DNA of 64,000 nt, taken from contig OY762209.1 of assembly GCA_963665295.1 (NCBI GenBank), positions 1,184,001-1,248,000 of the forward strand, read 5' to 3'. Positions 39,338-49,146 of this stretch are shown here, in pieces. Origin of the DNA: Syntrophorhabdaceae bacterium. Lineage in GTDB: Bacteria; Desulfobacterota; Syntrophorhabdia; Syntrophorhabdales; Syntrophorhabdaceae. The notes under the pieces are model-generated. The model was not told the origin of the DNA. It worked only from the letters and a program-made list of their open reading frames with translations, and ran no database searches. The first letter of the stretch is position 1; every line of letters begins with the position of its first letter. Both the position numbers and the translations under genes were made by a program.

Positions 39338-40631
39338 GGCAATGTCAAGACTTATGTGTCAGCGAGAAAATGGGGGACGTCCCCTTCGATCTGTTCTCAT
39401 ACATGAAGATGGCATAGAGAATCCTGTCCATGCTCGTTTTATCACTGAACACCCCCATAGGTCTCGTCCTCCTCTTCACCTCTTTGAATCTCCTTTCTAT
39501 GAGGTTGGTAGTGCGTATGCTCTTCCGGAAGGCAAGGTCCTTAAACATGAAACAGGTAAAGAGATCATCAATATCGGCAAAGAGGCACGTCACCGCATCA
39601 GGGTACGTGTCTTTCCATTTCTCTTTCCATAGCCCCGCATATTTCCTCGCCTCACGGATATGGGCGGCATTATAGATATCTCGTAGTCCTTCCCTTACCG
39701 CGTCCTGATCCTTCCTCTTTACCTTATCGGTGATGTTACGTATCTTATGAGCCCAGCAGCGCTGGATGGGGATGGAGGTATAATAATGACGGAGAACGGA
39801 AAGGAGTCCCTTTCCCCCGTCTACCGAGACTACCTCCACATTCTTCCCGGTGAGCCCTCTTGCAGAGAGATCACGAAGGAAGACATCCCATTCTGCGCTG
39901 CTCTCGGAGGAGGCAAGGCGGAAGTCGATGACCTCTTTCCTGCCGTCCTCGCGTATGCCCAGGACTACGAGGACAGGTCTCTTTGCGGCCCCCATGCCGG
40001 TCTTCCTGGAGAGGACCACCCCATCCAAGATGAGCGCCTTGTAGATATTGGAGAGATGTCTCCTGTGGAATGCGGCCACATCCGCGTCGAGTGTCTTTAC
40101 CACCCTGCTCACCGTACCGGGGCTCACCTTCTCCCCGAGAATGGTAAGGAGCGTTGCTCCTACCTTCCTGGTGGAGAGACCCAACAAGAAGCAGGAGAGG
40201 ATGAGCCGGTCTACTTCCTTGCTTCTCCTCGCATAGGCTTCAATCACGTGAATCGGGTTATAGGTCCGCGTCCGGGGTATAGAGAGGGCTATATCTCCTA
40301 TCTCGGTCAGCACGTGCCTGGGGTAACTTCCGTTCCTTCTGTCTGCTCCTTCGGGTACACGACCAAGATAATCGCTTATGGACTCCTTCATACGGTCCCG
40401 GAGGAAATTCCCTATGGCGTTGCGTCCGACCTCCCGGTAGTCATCGGTCCACCGCTCTTCTGAAAAACCATCCATTTCCTTTACCATTTTCATTGCCTGT
40501 GATAGATTGTTTACCATTACATGCTGATTCATTCGGGGTACCTCCTCCTTGTCTATGTGCTTGGCGGTGCAAACGGCAAAGATCGAATGGTACCCCATCT
40601 TCTTTCTTGACACAAGAGATTGTACATTGCC
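39338..40631 (-). mobile_element. IS256-family insertion sequence, 1294 bp
   Basis: 24-bp imperfect terminal IRs (GGCAATGT...TGTGTCA, 18/24 identical); perfect 8-bp TSD GCGACGCC at 39330-39337 and 40632-40639. Confidence 0.95.
39345..40532 (-). CDS. IS256-family DDE transposase
   Basis: RNGSY.R, GLSTRKV, ILDG, SVDG, QRCWAH (CxxH), RTTNLIER; AGGAGG RBS before ATG 40532. Confidence 0.95.
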   Translation of the reverse strand: MNQHVMVNNLSQAMKMVKEMDGFSEERWTDDYREVGRNAIGNFLRDRMKESISDYLGRVPEGADRRNGSYPRHVLTEIGDIALSIPRTRTYNPIHVIEAYARRSKEVDRLILSCFLLGLSTRKVGATLLTILGEKVSPGTVSRVVKTLDADVAAFHRRHLSNIYKALILDGVVLSRKTGMGAAKRPVLVVLGIREDGRKEVIDFRLASSESSAEWDVFLRDLSARGLTGKNVEVVSVDGGKGLLSVLRHYYTSIPIQRCWAHKIRNITDKVKRKDQDAVREGLRDIYNAAHIREARKYAGLWKEKWKDTYPDAVTCLFADIDDLFTCFMFKDLAFRKSIRTTNLIERRFKEVKRRTRPMGVFSDKTSMDRILYAIFMYENRSKGTSPIFSLTHKS

Positions 40632-40646
40632 GCGACGCCATCGTTG

Positions 40647-40676
40647 TTGACAAAGTGGTACCTGTCCGGATATAAT
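40647..40676 (+). promoter_or_regulatory. Sigma-70 promoter of the leuA leader
   Basis: TTGACA-N18-TATAAT. Confidence 0.85.
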
Positions 40677-40682
40677 AGCCTT

Positions 40683-40763
40683 ATGAAGGCTTTGAAACTC
40701 CTCCTCGCAGTGCGACTCGACAGCTTCGACTTCGACCGGAGCCGTTGCTGGGGAGGGTTTTAG
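40683..40763 (+). CDS. Leucine attenuator leader peptide (26 aa)
   Basis: MKALKLLLAVRLDSFDFDRSRCWGGF*; three tandem CTC codons; not in the ORF track. Confidence 0.8.
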   Translation: MKALKLLLAVRLDSFDFDRSRCWGGF

Positions 40764-40803
40764 AGACCGCTTTAAGACATAACCAGTAACAGCGTGGAGC
40801 ATC

Positions 40804-40836
40804 AAGGCCACGGGCTTCGGTCCGTGGCCTTTTTTT
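40804..40836 (+). terminator. Attenuator terminator upstream of leuA
   Basis: AAGGCCACGGGC-TTCG-GTCCGTGGCCTT plus T tract. Confidence 0.88.
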
Positions 40837-40890
40837 GTTTTGTGCGCCCTGCGGGAAGGACGCGCCTATTTCATAAAAAGGAGGACCCAC

Positions 40891-42573
40891 ATGAAGAGTA
40901 TGCCCGTTCACAAGTACAAGCCTTACGAGGGCGTCGAACTGCCGGGGCGCACCTGGCCGGGAAGGACGATAGAGTCCGCCCCCTACTGGTGCAGCGTCGA
41001 TTTGAGGGACGGCAATCAGGCCCTTATCGACCCCATGAGCCTGGACGAAAAACTGGAGGTCTACAGGCTCCTCCTCGAAATAGGGTTCAAGGAGATCGAA
41101 GTGGGGTTTCCCTCTGCCTCAGCCACGGAGTTCGAGTTTCTCCGGCTCCTGGTGGAAAAGGACCTGATACCGGACGATGTGACCATCCAGGTGCTGACCC
41201 AGGCACGGGAACGCCTGATAAGGAAGACCTTCGAGGCATTGAGGGGGGTGAAGCGGTCCATAGTCCACCTCTACAACTCCACCTCCACTCTCCAGCGCCG
41301 GGTGGTGTTCGGCAAGGATATGCCGGGCATCATCGCCATGGCGGTGGAAGGGGCGAGGATCATTAAGGAGGAGGCGGTGCGCGCGGCAAAGGCTGAAGGC
41401 ACGGAGATTGCCTACGAGTACAGCCCCGAGAGCTTCACAGGCACGGAACTCGACTTTTCCCTGGAGATATGCGAGGCAGTGGCCGGGGTCTGGAAGCCCA
41501 CCCCAGGGCAGAGGATGATCGTTAACCTGCCCGCCACAGTGGAGATGTCCACCCCCAATGTGTACGCGGACCGGATCGAATGGTTCTCGACCCACATGAA
41601 GGGGAGGGAATCGGTGATCCTGAGTGTTCACCCCCATAACGACCGGGGGACGGCAGTGGCTGCCGCGGAACTTGCCCTCATGGCAGGGGCCGAGCGGGTC
41701 GAGGGCACCCTCTTCGGCAACGGCGAGCGGACGGGCAACGTGGACCTGGTTACCCTTGCTCTCAACATGCTCTCCCAGGGCGTTGATCCCCGCCTTGACC
41801 TCCACGACATCAACCGGGTGATCGAAACGTGCGAGAGGTGCACGAGGCTGCCTGTCCACATGCGCCACCCCTATGCGGGCGACCTTGTGTACACTGCTTT
41901 TTCCGGATCCCACCAGGATGCGATACACAAAGGCATGAAGGTATACCGGGAGGCGAAGTCCGTGTACTGGGAGGTGCCTTACCTTCCCATCGACCCCTCG
42001 GACGTGGGGAGGACTTACGAGTCGATCATCAGGATCAACAGCCAGTCGGGCAAAGGGGGCATTGCCTACGTGCTCGAGAAGGAGTATGGGATGATCCTCC
42101 CCAAGCAGATGCACCCTGAGTTTGCGGGCATAATCCAGAAGATTTCCGACGCGGAGGGGACGGAGATATTGCGGGACGCGATCTGGGAGGCCTTTGAGAA
42201 GGAATACCTGGGCCGCACGGAGCCCCTCTCGCTCAAAAGATGCGCGGTAAAGGCGGACGGCGACCGGTGCGCGCCGTCCGGGGCCTCCATCGAGGCGGTT
42301 ATTGTCGAAGGCGGCCGGGAGAGGACGATCCGGGGCGAGGGCAACGGCCCCATAGATGCCTTCACCAATGCGGTCCGGTGTCTCGGCTTCGATTTCCGGC
42401 TCGCCGACTACCACGAACACGCCCTGTCGCAGGGCTCGGATTCGCTGGCCGCCGCCTATGTGCGCATGGAGGACGGCGAAGGACGCTCCTGGTGGGGCGT
42501 GGGACTGGACGGGAGCATCGATCTTGCCTCCTTCAAGGCTATCTTGAGCGCCCTTAACAGGGCGGCGGGTTGA
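40891..42573 (+). CDS. leuA: 2-isopropylmalate synthase (yeast/actinobacterial type)
   Basis: SVDLRDGNQAL, EYSPESF, NLPATVE, HPHNDRG, FSGSHQDA, INSQSGKGG; AGGAGG RBS. Confidence 0.96.
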   Translation: MKSMPVHKYKPYEGVELPGRTWPGRTIESAPYWCSVDLRDGNQALIDPMSLDEKLEVYRLLLEIGFKEIEVGFPSASATEFEFLRLLVEKDLIPDDVTIQVLTQARERLIRKTFEALRGVKRSIVHLYNSTSTLQRRVVFGKDMPGIIAMAVEGARIIKEEAVRAAKAEGTEIAYEYSPESFTGTELDFSLEICEAVAGVWKPTPGQRMIVNLPATVEMSTPNVYADRIEWFSTHMKGRESVILSVHPHNDRGTAVAAAELALMAGAERVEGTLFGNGERTGNVDLVTLALNMLSQGVDPRLDLHDINRVIETCERCTRLPVHMRHPYAGDLVYTAFSGSHQDAIHKGMKVYREAKSVYWEVPYLPIDPSDVGRTYESIIRINSQSGKGGIAYVLEKEYGMILPKQMHPEFAGIIQKISDAEGTEILRDAIWEAFEKEYLGRTEPLSLKRCAVKADGDRCAPSGASIEAVIVEGGRERTIRGEGNGPIDAFTNAVRCLGFDFRLADYHEHALSQGSDSLAAAYVRMEDGEGRSWWGVGLDGSIDLASFKAILSALNRAAG

Positions 42574-42652
42574 AACGGAGGGTTATGACGTTTTACGCGG
42601 GGCAGCGGGTCCGGGAGACGAAAGGGGCGCAAATAGGGCGCCCCGGCCCGCC

Positions 42653-43441
42653 CTATTTGCCTTCGAACCTCGGCTTCCTCTTTTCGAGAAAGGCTCGCGC
42701 TGCCTCCTGGTGGTCTTCCGTCTCGGAGAGAAGGGACAACTGGGAGGAGATGTAGTCGAGGTGGGCCCGAAGGGTGCTCGTCTGGGCCTGATACACGGCC
42801 CGCTTCATCATGCGCACCGCGAGGGGCGGTTTGGCGGCCATGACCTCCGCGAACCTCAAGGTCTCCTCCATGAGCTTGTCGTGGGGGGCCACGCGGTTTA
42901 CGATCCCCAGGTCCCGGGCCTCCTCGGCAGTAAGGACATCCCCTGTGAGGAGAAGTTCGAGGGCCTTTGACGTGCCCACCAGCCTTGGAAGGAACCAGGC
43001 GCCGCCATCCCCCGGGATGAGCCCCAGGTTGATGTAAGATTCGGCGAGCCTCGCCCGGTCGGAGGAGACCCTGAAATCACACATGAGGGCCATGTCGAGT
43101 CCCGCGCCCATGGCCGCGCCGTTGATTGCTGCAATGACGGGCTTGTCCAGGTCCTCGAGAGTGAGTGCGATGCGGTGCACGCCGTCCCACAGGAACCTCT
43201 TCATATCCCATGACTTGAGTTTCCCTTCGGCCATATCGCGGATATCGCCGCCGGAGCAGAAGGTCTCGCCCTTGCCCGTCACTATGATTACCCGTACATT
43301 CCGGTCGTCCCGCGCCTTCTCGAGGAAATCCTTCCAGAGGGTGATCATCTCGGGGCTGAAGGCGTTCTTGGCCCGGGGGCGGTTAAGGGTAATGACCGCC
43401 ACCTGTCCCCTCACTTCATACAGCACATGCGCATCTCCCAT
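42653..43441 (-). CDS. Enoyl-CoA hydratase/isomerase family protein
   Basis: ITLNRP, FCSGGD, KPVIAAING.A.GAG, GLIPGDGG. Confidence 0.92.
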   Translation of the reverse strand: MGDAHVLYEVRGQVAVITLNRPRAKNAFSPEMITLWKDFLEKARDDRNVRVIIVTGKGETFCSGGDIRDMAEGKLKSWDMKRFLWDGVHRIALTLEDLDKPVIAAINGAAMGAGLDMALMCDFRVSSDRARLAESYINLGLIPGDGGAWFLPRLVGTSKALELLLTGDVLTAEEARDLGIVNRVAPHDKLMEETLRFAEVMAAKPPLAVRMMKRAVYQAQTSTLRAHLDYISSQLSLLSETEDHQEAARAFLEKRKPRFEGK

Positions 43442-43911
43442 GGTTCTTCTCCTTTGCAGATCGCAGCTATTCGGGCTGGACCATCCAGCCCCTAAAAATG
43501 ACACAAATCAGCGCAGATGGCAAGCCGGAAAAGGCCGGTGCAGAAGAAATCCGCCCGGCCCATTCCGGGACAGGCGGTATGAGGCAGTATTTTGTCAAAA
43601 TATTCCGCGAAAAATGCCCCAAAAGAACGCTGAACCCTTGACGGCAGGCGCGATATCTGCTAGACTCATCATGGAAAGTAACGCACCACGCCAGGCCCAT
43701 CCGGTAAAACCCCGCTTTTGCGCGACTGCATAAGGATATGAGGGCGGAAAGGGGACGGGCGGGTTAGTGCAATAGACGATATATGCATACCGAAAGACCA
43801 GCCAGGACCAGAGAAATGACACATTTCCGCACAAACCTCTTGACATATGGTCTGATTTGTTTTATCAACTATTGCTTTTTGCGAACTGCTTATACTATAA
43901 TTACAGTTTCC

Positions 43912-43984
43912 GCTGGTGTAGCTCAATCGGCAGAGCAGCTGATTTGTAATCAGCAGGTTGCGGGTTCGAGTCCCATCACCAGCT
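43912..43984 (+). tRNA. tRNA-Thr(TGT)
   Basis: Cloverleaf with anticodon TGT; CCA not encoded. Confidence 0.95.
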
Positions 43985-43987
43985 AAT

Positions 43988-44072
43988 GGAGAGGTTCCCG
44001 AGCGGCCAAAGGGGGCAGACTGTAAATCTGTTGTCTCAGACTTCGGAGGTTCGATCCCTCCCCTCTCCACCA
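43988..44072 (+). tRNA. tRNA-Tyr(GTA)
   Basis: Long variable arm, anticodon GTA, CCA encoded. Confidence 0.96.
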
Positions 44073-44246
44073 TATTTCTCAGGTGGTGGCAAATAACCCC
44101 TGGCGAACGGCCGGAAAAGAGTTCGCCGGAGGGGCTGTATATTGTGTCAAGGAAAGATGTTTTTTCTGATGTGACGTGGTCAATAAGCGGCGGATGTCTT
44201 ATATTATCATTATTGGCCAAAAAGGGAACTAAAGAAATTAAAGAAG

Positions 44247-44323
44247 GCGGGAGTAGCTCAGTTGGTTAGAGCATCAGCCTTCCAAGCTGAGGGTCGCGGG
44301 TTCGAGTCCCGTTTCCCGCTCCA
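44247..44323 (+). tRNA. tRNA-Gly(TCC)
   Basis: GCGGGAG acceptor stem, anticodon TCC, TCCA end. Confidence 0.96.
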
Positions 44324-44331
44324 AAAATCGT

Positions 44332-44427
44332 AGCGGGTGATTCGTCGCCCGCTCCAAAAAACACGAGTAGGTTGTTACATCGCCTGCTGGAAAAGAATAA
44401 GGCGGGTCAAAAGTTCAGCCCGCTCTA
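44332..44427 (+). repeat. Three tandem related hairpins (about 35-nt period) resembling the tRNA-Gly acceptor stem
   Basis: GCGGGT..GCCCGCT, GTAGGT..GCCTGCT and GCGGGT..GCCCGCT starting at 44333, 44367 and 44402, with A-rich linkers. Confidence 0.7.
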
Positions 44428-44430
44428 TTT

Positions 44431-44505
44431 GCCCGCGTAGCTCAGTGGTAGAGCACCTCCTTGGTAAGGAGGTGGTCACCGGTTCAATCCCGGTCGTGGG
44501 CTCCA
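44431..44505 (+). tRNA. tRNA-Thr(GGT)
   Basis: Cloverleaf, anticodon GGT, CCA encoded. Confidence 0.96.
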
Positions 44506-44530
44506 TAAAAAACAGTAACGGAGGTTCTAT

Positions 44531-45730
<1,200 letters not shown>

Positions 45731-45751
45731 AATAAGGGCAAGGTGTAGAAA

Positions 45752-45901
45752 ATGAGGCAATTAGTGATACTTGCATGTACCGACTGCAAGAATAGAAACT
45801 ATACAACGACGAAGAACAAACAGAAGACGCCGGACAGGCTGGAACTCAAAAAATATTGCAACAACTGTAAGAAGCACACCTCTCACAGGGAGACAAAATA
45901 A
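45752..45901 (+). CDS. rpmG: 50S ribosomal protein L33 (zinc-binding form)
   Basis: Manual translation [49 protein letters not shown]. Confidence 0.96.
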   Translation: MRQLVILACTDCKNRNYTTTKNKQKTPDRLELKKYCNNCKKHTSHRETK

Positions 45902-45903
45902 AA

Positions 45904-45977
45904 AGGCCAGTAGCTCTAACGGATAGAGCACCGGACTCCAAATCCGGGTGTTGGGGGTTCGAATCCCTCCTGGCCTG
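45904..45977 (+). tRNA. tRNA-Trp(CCA)
   Basis: Cloverleaf, anticodon CCA; 3' end followed by CAA rather than CCA. Confidence 0.95.
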
Positions 45978-45995
45978 CAAAACTATGGAGACACC

Positions 45996-46199
45996 ATGGA
46001 TTTCAAAGAAAAGACTGAAAAGGTCAAGGACTACTTCCGGGAAGTGTACATGGAAGGTAAAAGGGTCACCTGGCCGTCCAGAAAGGACGCGCTGAAGGGG
46101 ACCTATGTGGTCCTCATCACCACGGTGATAGCGGCCGCGTTCCTCGGTATAGTGGACGTGGGGCTGGCAAAGACGATACAGGCGATATTGCGTGGATAA
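45996..46199 (+). CDS. secE: Preprotein translocase SecE
   Basis: KRVTWPSR plus a single TM; GGAG RBS. Confidence 0.95.
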   Translation: MDFKEKTEKVKDYFREVYMEGKRVTWPSRKDALKGTYVVLITTVIAAAFLGIVDVGLAKTIQAILRG

Positions 46200-46767
46200 T
46201 AATAACGATATGACCGCAGAGACTGCAGGGACCGTGGAGAAGAAGTGGTACGTAGTCCACACGTACTCCGGGTACGAGCAGAAAGTAAAGGAAGCCCTTG
46301 AGGATGCGATCAAGACCGCCAAGATGGAAGGCCAGTTTGGCGATATCATCGTTCCCTCCGAGGTCATCATGGAGCGGGTAAAGGGCAACATCAAGAAATC
46401 CCAGAGAACAGTCTTCCCAGGGTATATTATCGTAAACATGGCCATGAATAACGATACCTGGTATCTGGTGCGGAATACGCCGAAGGTAACGGGTTTCGTG
46501 GGTTATGACAAGATGAACCCCCCTCCTTTGCCGGAAAAGGAAGTAAAAGACATTATATATGCGATCCAGGAAGGGAAGGGAAAGATCAAGCCGAAGATCC
46601 GGTTCGAAAAGGGTGATACCATCAAGGTCACGGAAGGGCCTTTCATGAATTTCACCGGGACCGTCGAGGAGATCAAGCCGGAGAAGGGCAAGGTGAAGGT
46701 GCTCCTTAACATCTTCGGCAGAACCACTCCCGTGGAACTGGATTTTATACAGATTGAAAAAACGTAA
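46192..46767 (+). CDS. nusG: Transcription factor NusG (alternative start 46210)
   Basis: WYVVHTYSGYE, FPGY, KOW motif, IFGRTTPVEL. Confidence 0.97.
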   Translation: MDNNNDMTAETAGTVEKKWYVVHTYSGYEQKVKEALEDAIKTAKMEGQFGDIIVPSEVIMERVKGNIKKSQRTVFPGYIIVNMAMNNDTWYLVRNTPKVTGFVGYDKMNPPPLPEKEVKDIIYAIQEGKGKIKPKIRFEKGDTIKVTEGPFMNFTGTVEEIKPEKGKVKVLLNIFGRTTPVELDFIQIEKT

Positions 46768-46779
46768 AGGAGTTTTGAA

Positions 46780-47208
46780 ATGGCGAAAAAAGTCGTTGCT
46801 ATGGTAAAATTGCAGTTGCAAGCAGGTCAGGCAACCCCTTCACCGCCTGTTGGACCGGCCCTTGGCCAGCACGGTGTAAATATAATGGAATTCTGTAAGG
46901 CTTTCAACGAGAAGACGAGAAGCCAGGAAGGCACCATTATCCCGGCTCAGATTACCATTTTTTCCGACAGGACTTTCACATTTGTGACCAAGACGCCCCC
47001 GGCCACGTTCCTCATCAAGAAGGCGGCGAAGCTCGCGAAAGGCGCCAACAACCCGAAGAAGGAAGTGGCGGGCAGTATCACGAAATCACAGATAGAAGAG
47101 ATTGCGCAGTTGAAGATGCCGGACCTCAATGCGAAGGATATGGCCGGAGCCATGAAGATTATCGAAGGCTCGGCGCGGAGCATGGGGCTAGAAGTAGTGG
47201 AAGGATAG
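46780..47208 (+). CDS. rplK: 50S ribosomal protein L11
   Basis: [18 protein letters not shown]. Confidence 0.98.
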   Translation: MAKKVVAMVKLQLQAGQATPSPPVGPALGQHGVNIMEFCKAFNEKTRSQEGTIIPAQITIFSDRTFTFVTKTPPATFLIKKAAKLAKGANNPKKEVAGSITKSQIEEIAQLKMPDLNAKDMAGAMKIIEGSARSMGLEVVEG

Positions 47209-47324
47209 ACGAATCAGCTATCTTAATGAGATGGCTATCAGCTTTCAAAAAGAGACCGAAGCCTCCGGGCCACGGTCTTTTGGTGATTGCTGACCGATGA
47301 CCGCTTAAGAATAAGGAGCAGGAG

Positions 47325-48029
47325 ATGCCAAAGGATACGAAGAAGTATGGAGAAGCGAAAGGAAAGGTAGACAGAGAGAAGAGATACATGATGGACGAGG
47401 CGATGGAGCTGTTGCCTCAGATCGCGTACGCGAAATTTGACGAGACCGTCGAACTGGCCCTCAGACTCGGTGTTGACCCGAGACATGCGGACCAGATGGT
47501 AAGAGGAAGCGTGGTTCTGCCCAATGGATTGGGCAAGAAGGTGCGCGTCCTTGTCTTCGCAAAAGGCCAGAAAGAGAAGGAAGCGGAAGAGGCAGGGGCC
47601 GATTTCGTGGGCGCCGAGGATTTGATCGACAAGATTCAAAAAGGTTGGACCGATTTCGATAAGACCATCGCGACACCCGATATGATGGGCCAGGTGAGTA
47701 AACTTGGTAAGATACTGGGACCCCGCGGGCTTATGCCCAACCCTAAAGTCGGCACCGTTACCTTTGAAATAGGCAAGACCGTAAAGGAAATGAAGGCAGG
47801 AAGGGTTGAGTTCAGGGTCGATAAGGCCGGGAACCTGCACATTCCTGTGGGAAAAGTAAGTTTTGGAAAAGATAAGCTGTTAGAGAACGTTAACTCACTC
47901 ATTGACGCCGTTATCAGGCTCAAGCCTCCTTCAAGCAAAGGGACCTACGTAAAGGGCATTGCCGTTTCCACCACCATGAGTCCCGGTATAAAGGTCGACC
48001 CCGCCTATGCGCGGAGCCTGACGAAATAG
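47325..48029 (+). CDS. rplA: 50S ribosomal protein L1
   Basis: [18 protein letters not shown]. Confidence 0.98.
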   Translation: MPKDTKKYGEAKGKVDREKRYMMDEAMELLPQIAYAKFDETVELALRLGVDPRHADQMVRGSVVLPNGLGKKVRVLVFAKGQKEKEAEEAGADFVGAEDLIDKIQKGWTDFDKTIATPDMMGQVSKLGKILGPRGLMPNPKVGTVTFEIGKTVKEMKAGRVEFRVDKAGNLHIPVGKVSFGKDKLLENVNSLIDAVIRLKPPSSKGTYVKGIAVSTTMSPGIKVDPAYARSLTK

Positions 48030-48035
48030 GGAACA

Positions 48036-48114
48036 GGTCAGAGAAAGTAGGTGCTATATGTTAAACGAATACGGCCTACTGAGACTTTCTACATTGCCGT
48101 CTCCCTGACTTTCC
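48036..48114 (+). promoter_or_regulatory. L10 leader (autoregulatory RNA)
   Basis: GTCAG..GAAAGTAGGTG..TTAA..CCTACTGAG..CTGAC pairing upstream of rplJ. Confidence 0.72.
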
Positions 48115-48149
48115 ATACATATCTTAGTAGAAAGGAGGGATGAAAACCA

Positions 48150-48674
48150 TTGGAAAGACAAAAGAAAGAACAGGTTGTTGTGGAACTTGGAGCGAAGCTT
48201 AAGAAGCTGGACTGCATGTTCCTCGCAGAGTACAGCGGCATGAGCGTCGCCCAGACGACGAAGCTCAGGCGCGAACTGCGCAACGTGGACACCGAGTTCA
48301 ATGTCGTGAAGAACAGTCTTCTCACGATAGCCTCGGAAGGCACCAAAGCTGCAGTGCTGAAGGACCGGTTTTCCGGACCTAACGCGATCATCTGCATCAA
48401 CAAGGACCCCACAGGCGCAGCAAAAGTCATCGCGGGCCTTGCGAAAGAAATGCCTAATCTGAAGCTCAAGGCGGGTTATCTGGGGACCCAGGTAATGTCG
48501 CCTGAAGAGATTCTGAAGCTTGCAACGTTGCCGTCTCACGATATCCTCGTGGCCCAGTTGCTCGGGCTGCTGCAGGGCGTGCCGCAGAGATTCGTATACG
48601 TGCTTTCGGGCAATCTTCAGAAGCTGATGAATGCGTTGAATGCGATAAAAACTCAAAAAGAAGAAGCAGCGTAA
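48150..48674 (+). CDS. rplJ: 50S ribosomal protein L10 (TTG start)
   Basis: LRRELR, VVKNSL, LATLPS; synteny. Confidence 0.96.
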   Translation: MERQKKEQVVVELGAKLKKLDCMFLAEYSGMSVAQTTKLRRELRNVDTEFNVVKNSLLTIASEGTKAAVLKDRFSGPNAIICINKDPTGAAKVIAGLAKEMPNLKLKAGYLGTQVMSPEEILKLATLPSHDILVAQLLGLLQGVPQRFVYVLSGNLQKLMNALNAIKTQKEEAA

Positions 48675-48689
48675 AAGGAGGATATAAGA

Positions 48690-49073
48690 ATGGCTACAAG
48701 AGAAGAAGTCATACAGTACATTGAGAACATGACAGTTCTCGAACTCTCTGAATTTATAAAGGTTTTGGAAGAGAAATTCGGAGTCAGCGCAGCAATGCCC
48801 ATGATGGCGGCAGCAGGCCCGGCAGCACCCGCGGCAGCAGCAGCGCCGGTAGAGGAGCAGACTGAATTCAACGTAATCCTTACGGGTTATGAGGCAGAGA
48901 AGAAGATCCAGGTGATCAAGGTCGTAAGACAGATCACGAGCCTGGGCCTTAAGGAAGCAAAAGACCTGGTCGAGGGCGTACCCAAGCCGGTAAAGGAAGC
49001 CGTATCCAAGGACGAAGCTGCAAATATCAAGAAGCTTCTTGAAGAAGTGAGCGGTCAGGTGAAAGTAGAGTAG
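48690..49073 (+). CDS. rplL: 50S ribosomal protein L7/L12
   Basis: EEKFGVSA, Ala-rich hinge, [11 protein letters not shown]. Confidence 0.98.
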   Translation: MATREEVIQYIENMTVLELSEFIKVLEEKFGVSAAMPMMAAAGPAAPAAAAAPVEEQTEFNVILTGYEAEKKIQVIKVVRQITSLGLKEAKDLVEGVPKPVKEAVSKDEAANIKKLLEEVSGQVKVE

Positions 49074-49098
49074 TCACGCAGCAACAATCAGGATATAG

Positions 49099-49134
49099 TA
49101 GCGTATAGCGGCCGAAAGCGGCCGCTATACGCTA
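49099..49134. repeat. Perfect 16-bp inverted repeat between rplL and rpoB
   Basis: TAGCGTATAGCGGCCG-AAAG-CGGCCGCTATACGCTA. Confidence 0.85.
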
Positions 49135-49146
49135 ATCCATTAAGAG

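Noticed and set aside
40533..40811. N-terminal extension of the transposase ORF (488 aa in the track)
   Set aside because: It runs past the IS end at 40631 into the leuA leader; ATG 40532 has a strong RBS.
43669..44220. 183-aa minus-strand ORF and other ORFs across the tRNAs
   Set aside because: They overlap clear tRNA genes and are spurious.
44332..44427. Periodic hairpins as a mini-CRISPR
   Set aside because: Units are degenerate, linkers are only about 12 nt and A-rich, and no cas genes are present.
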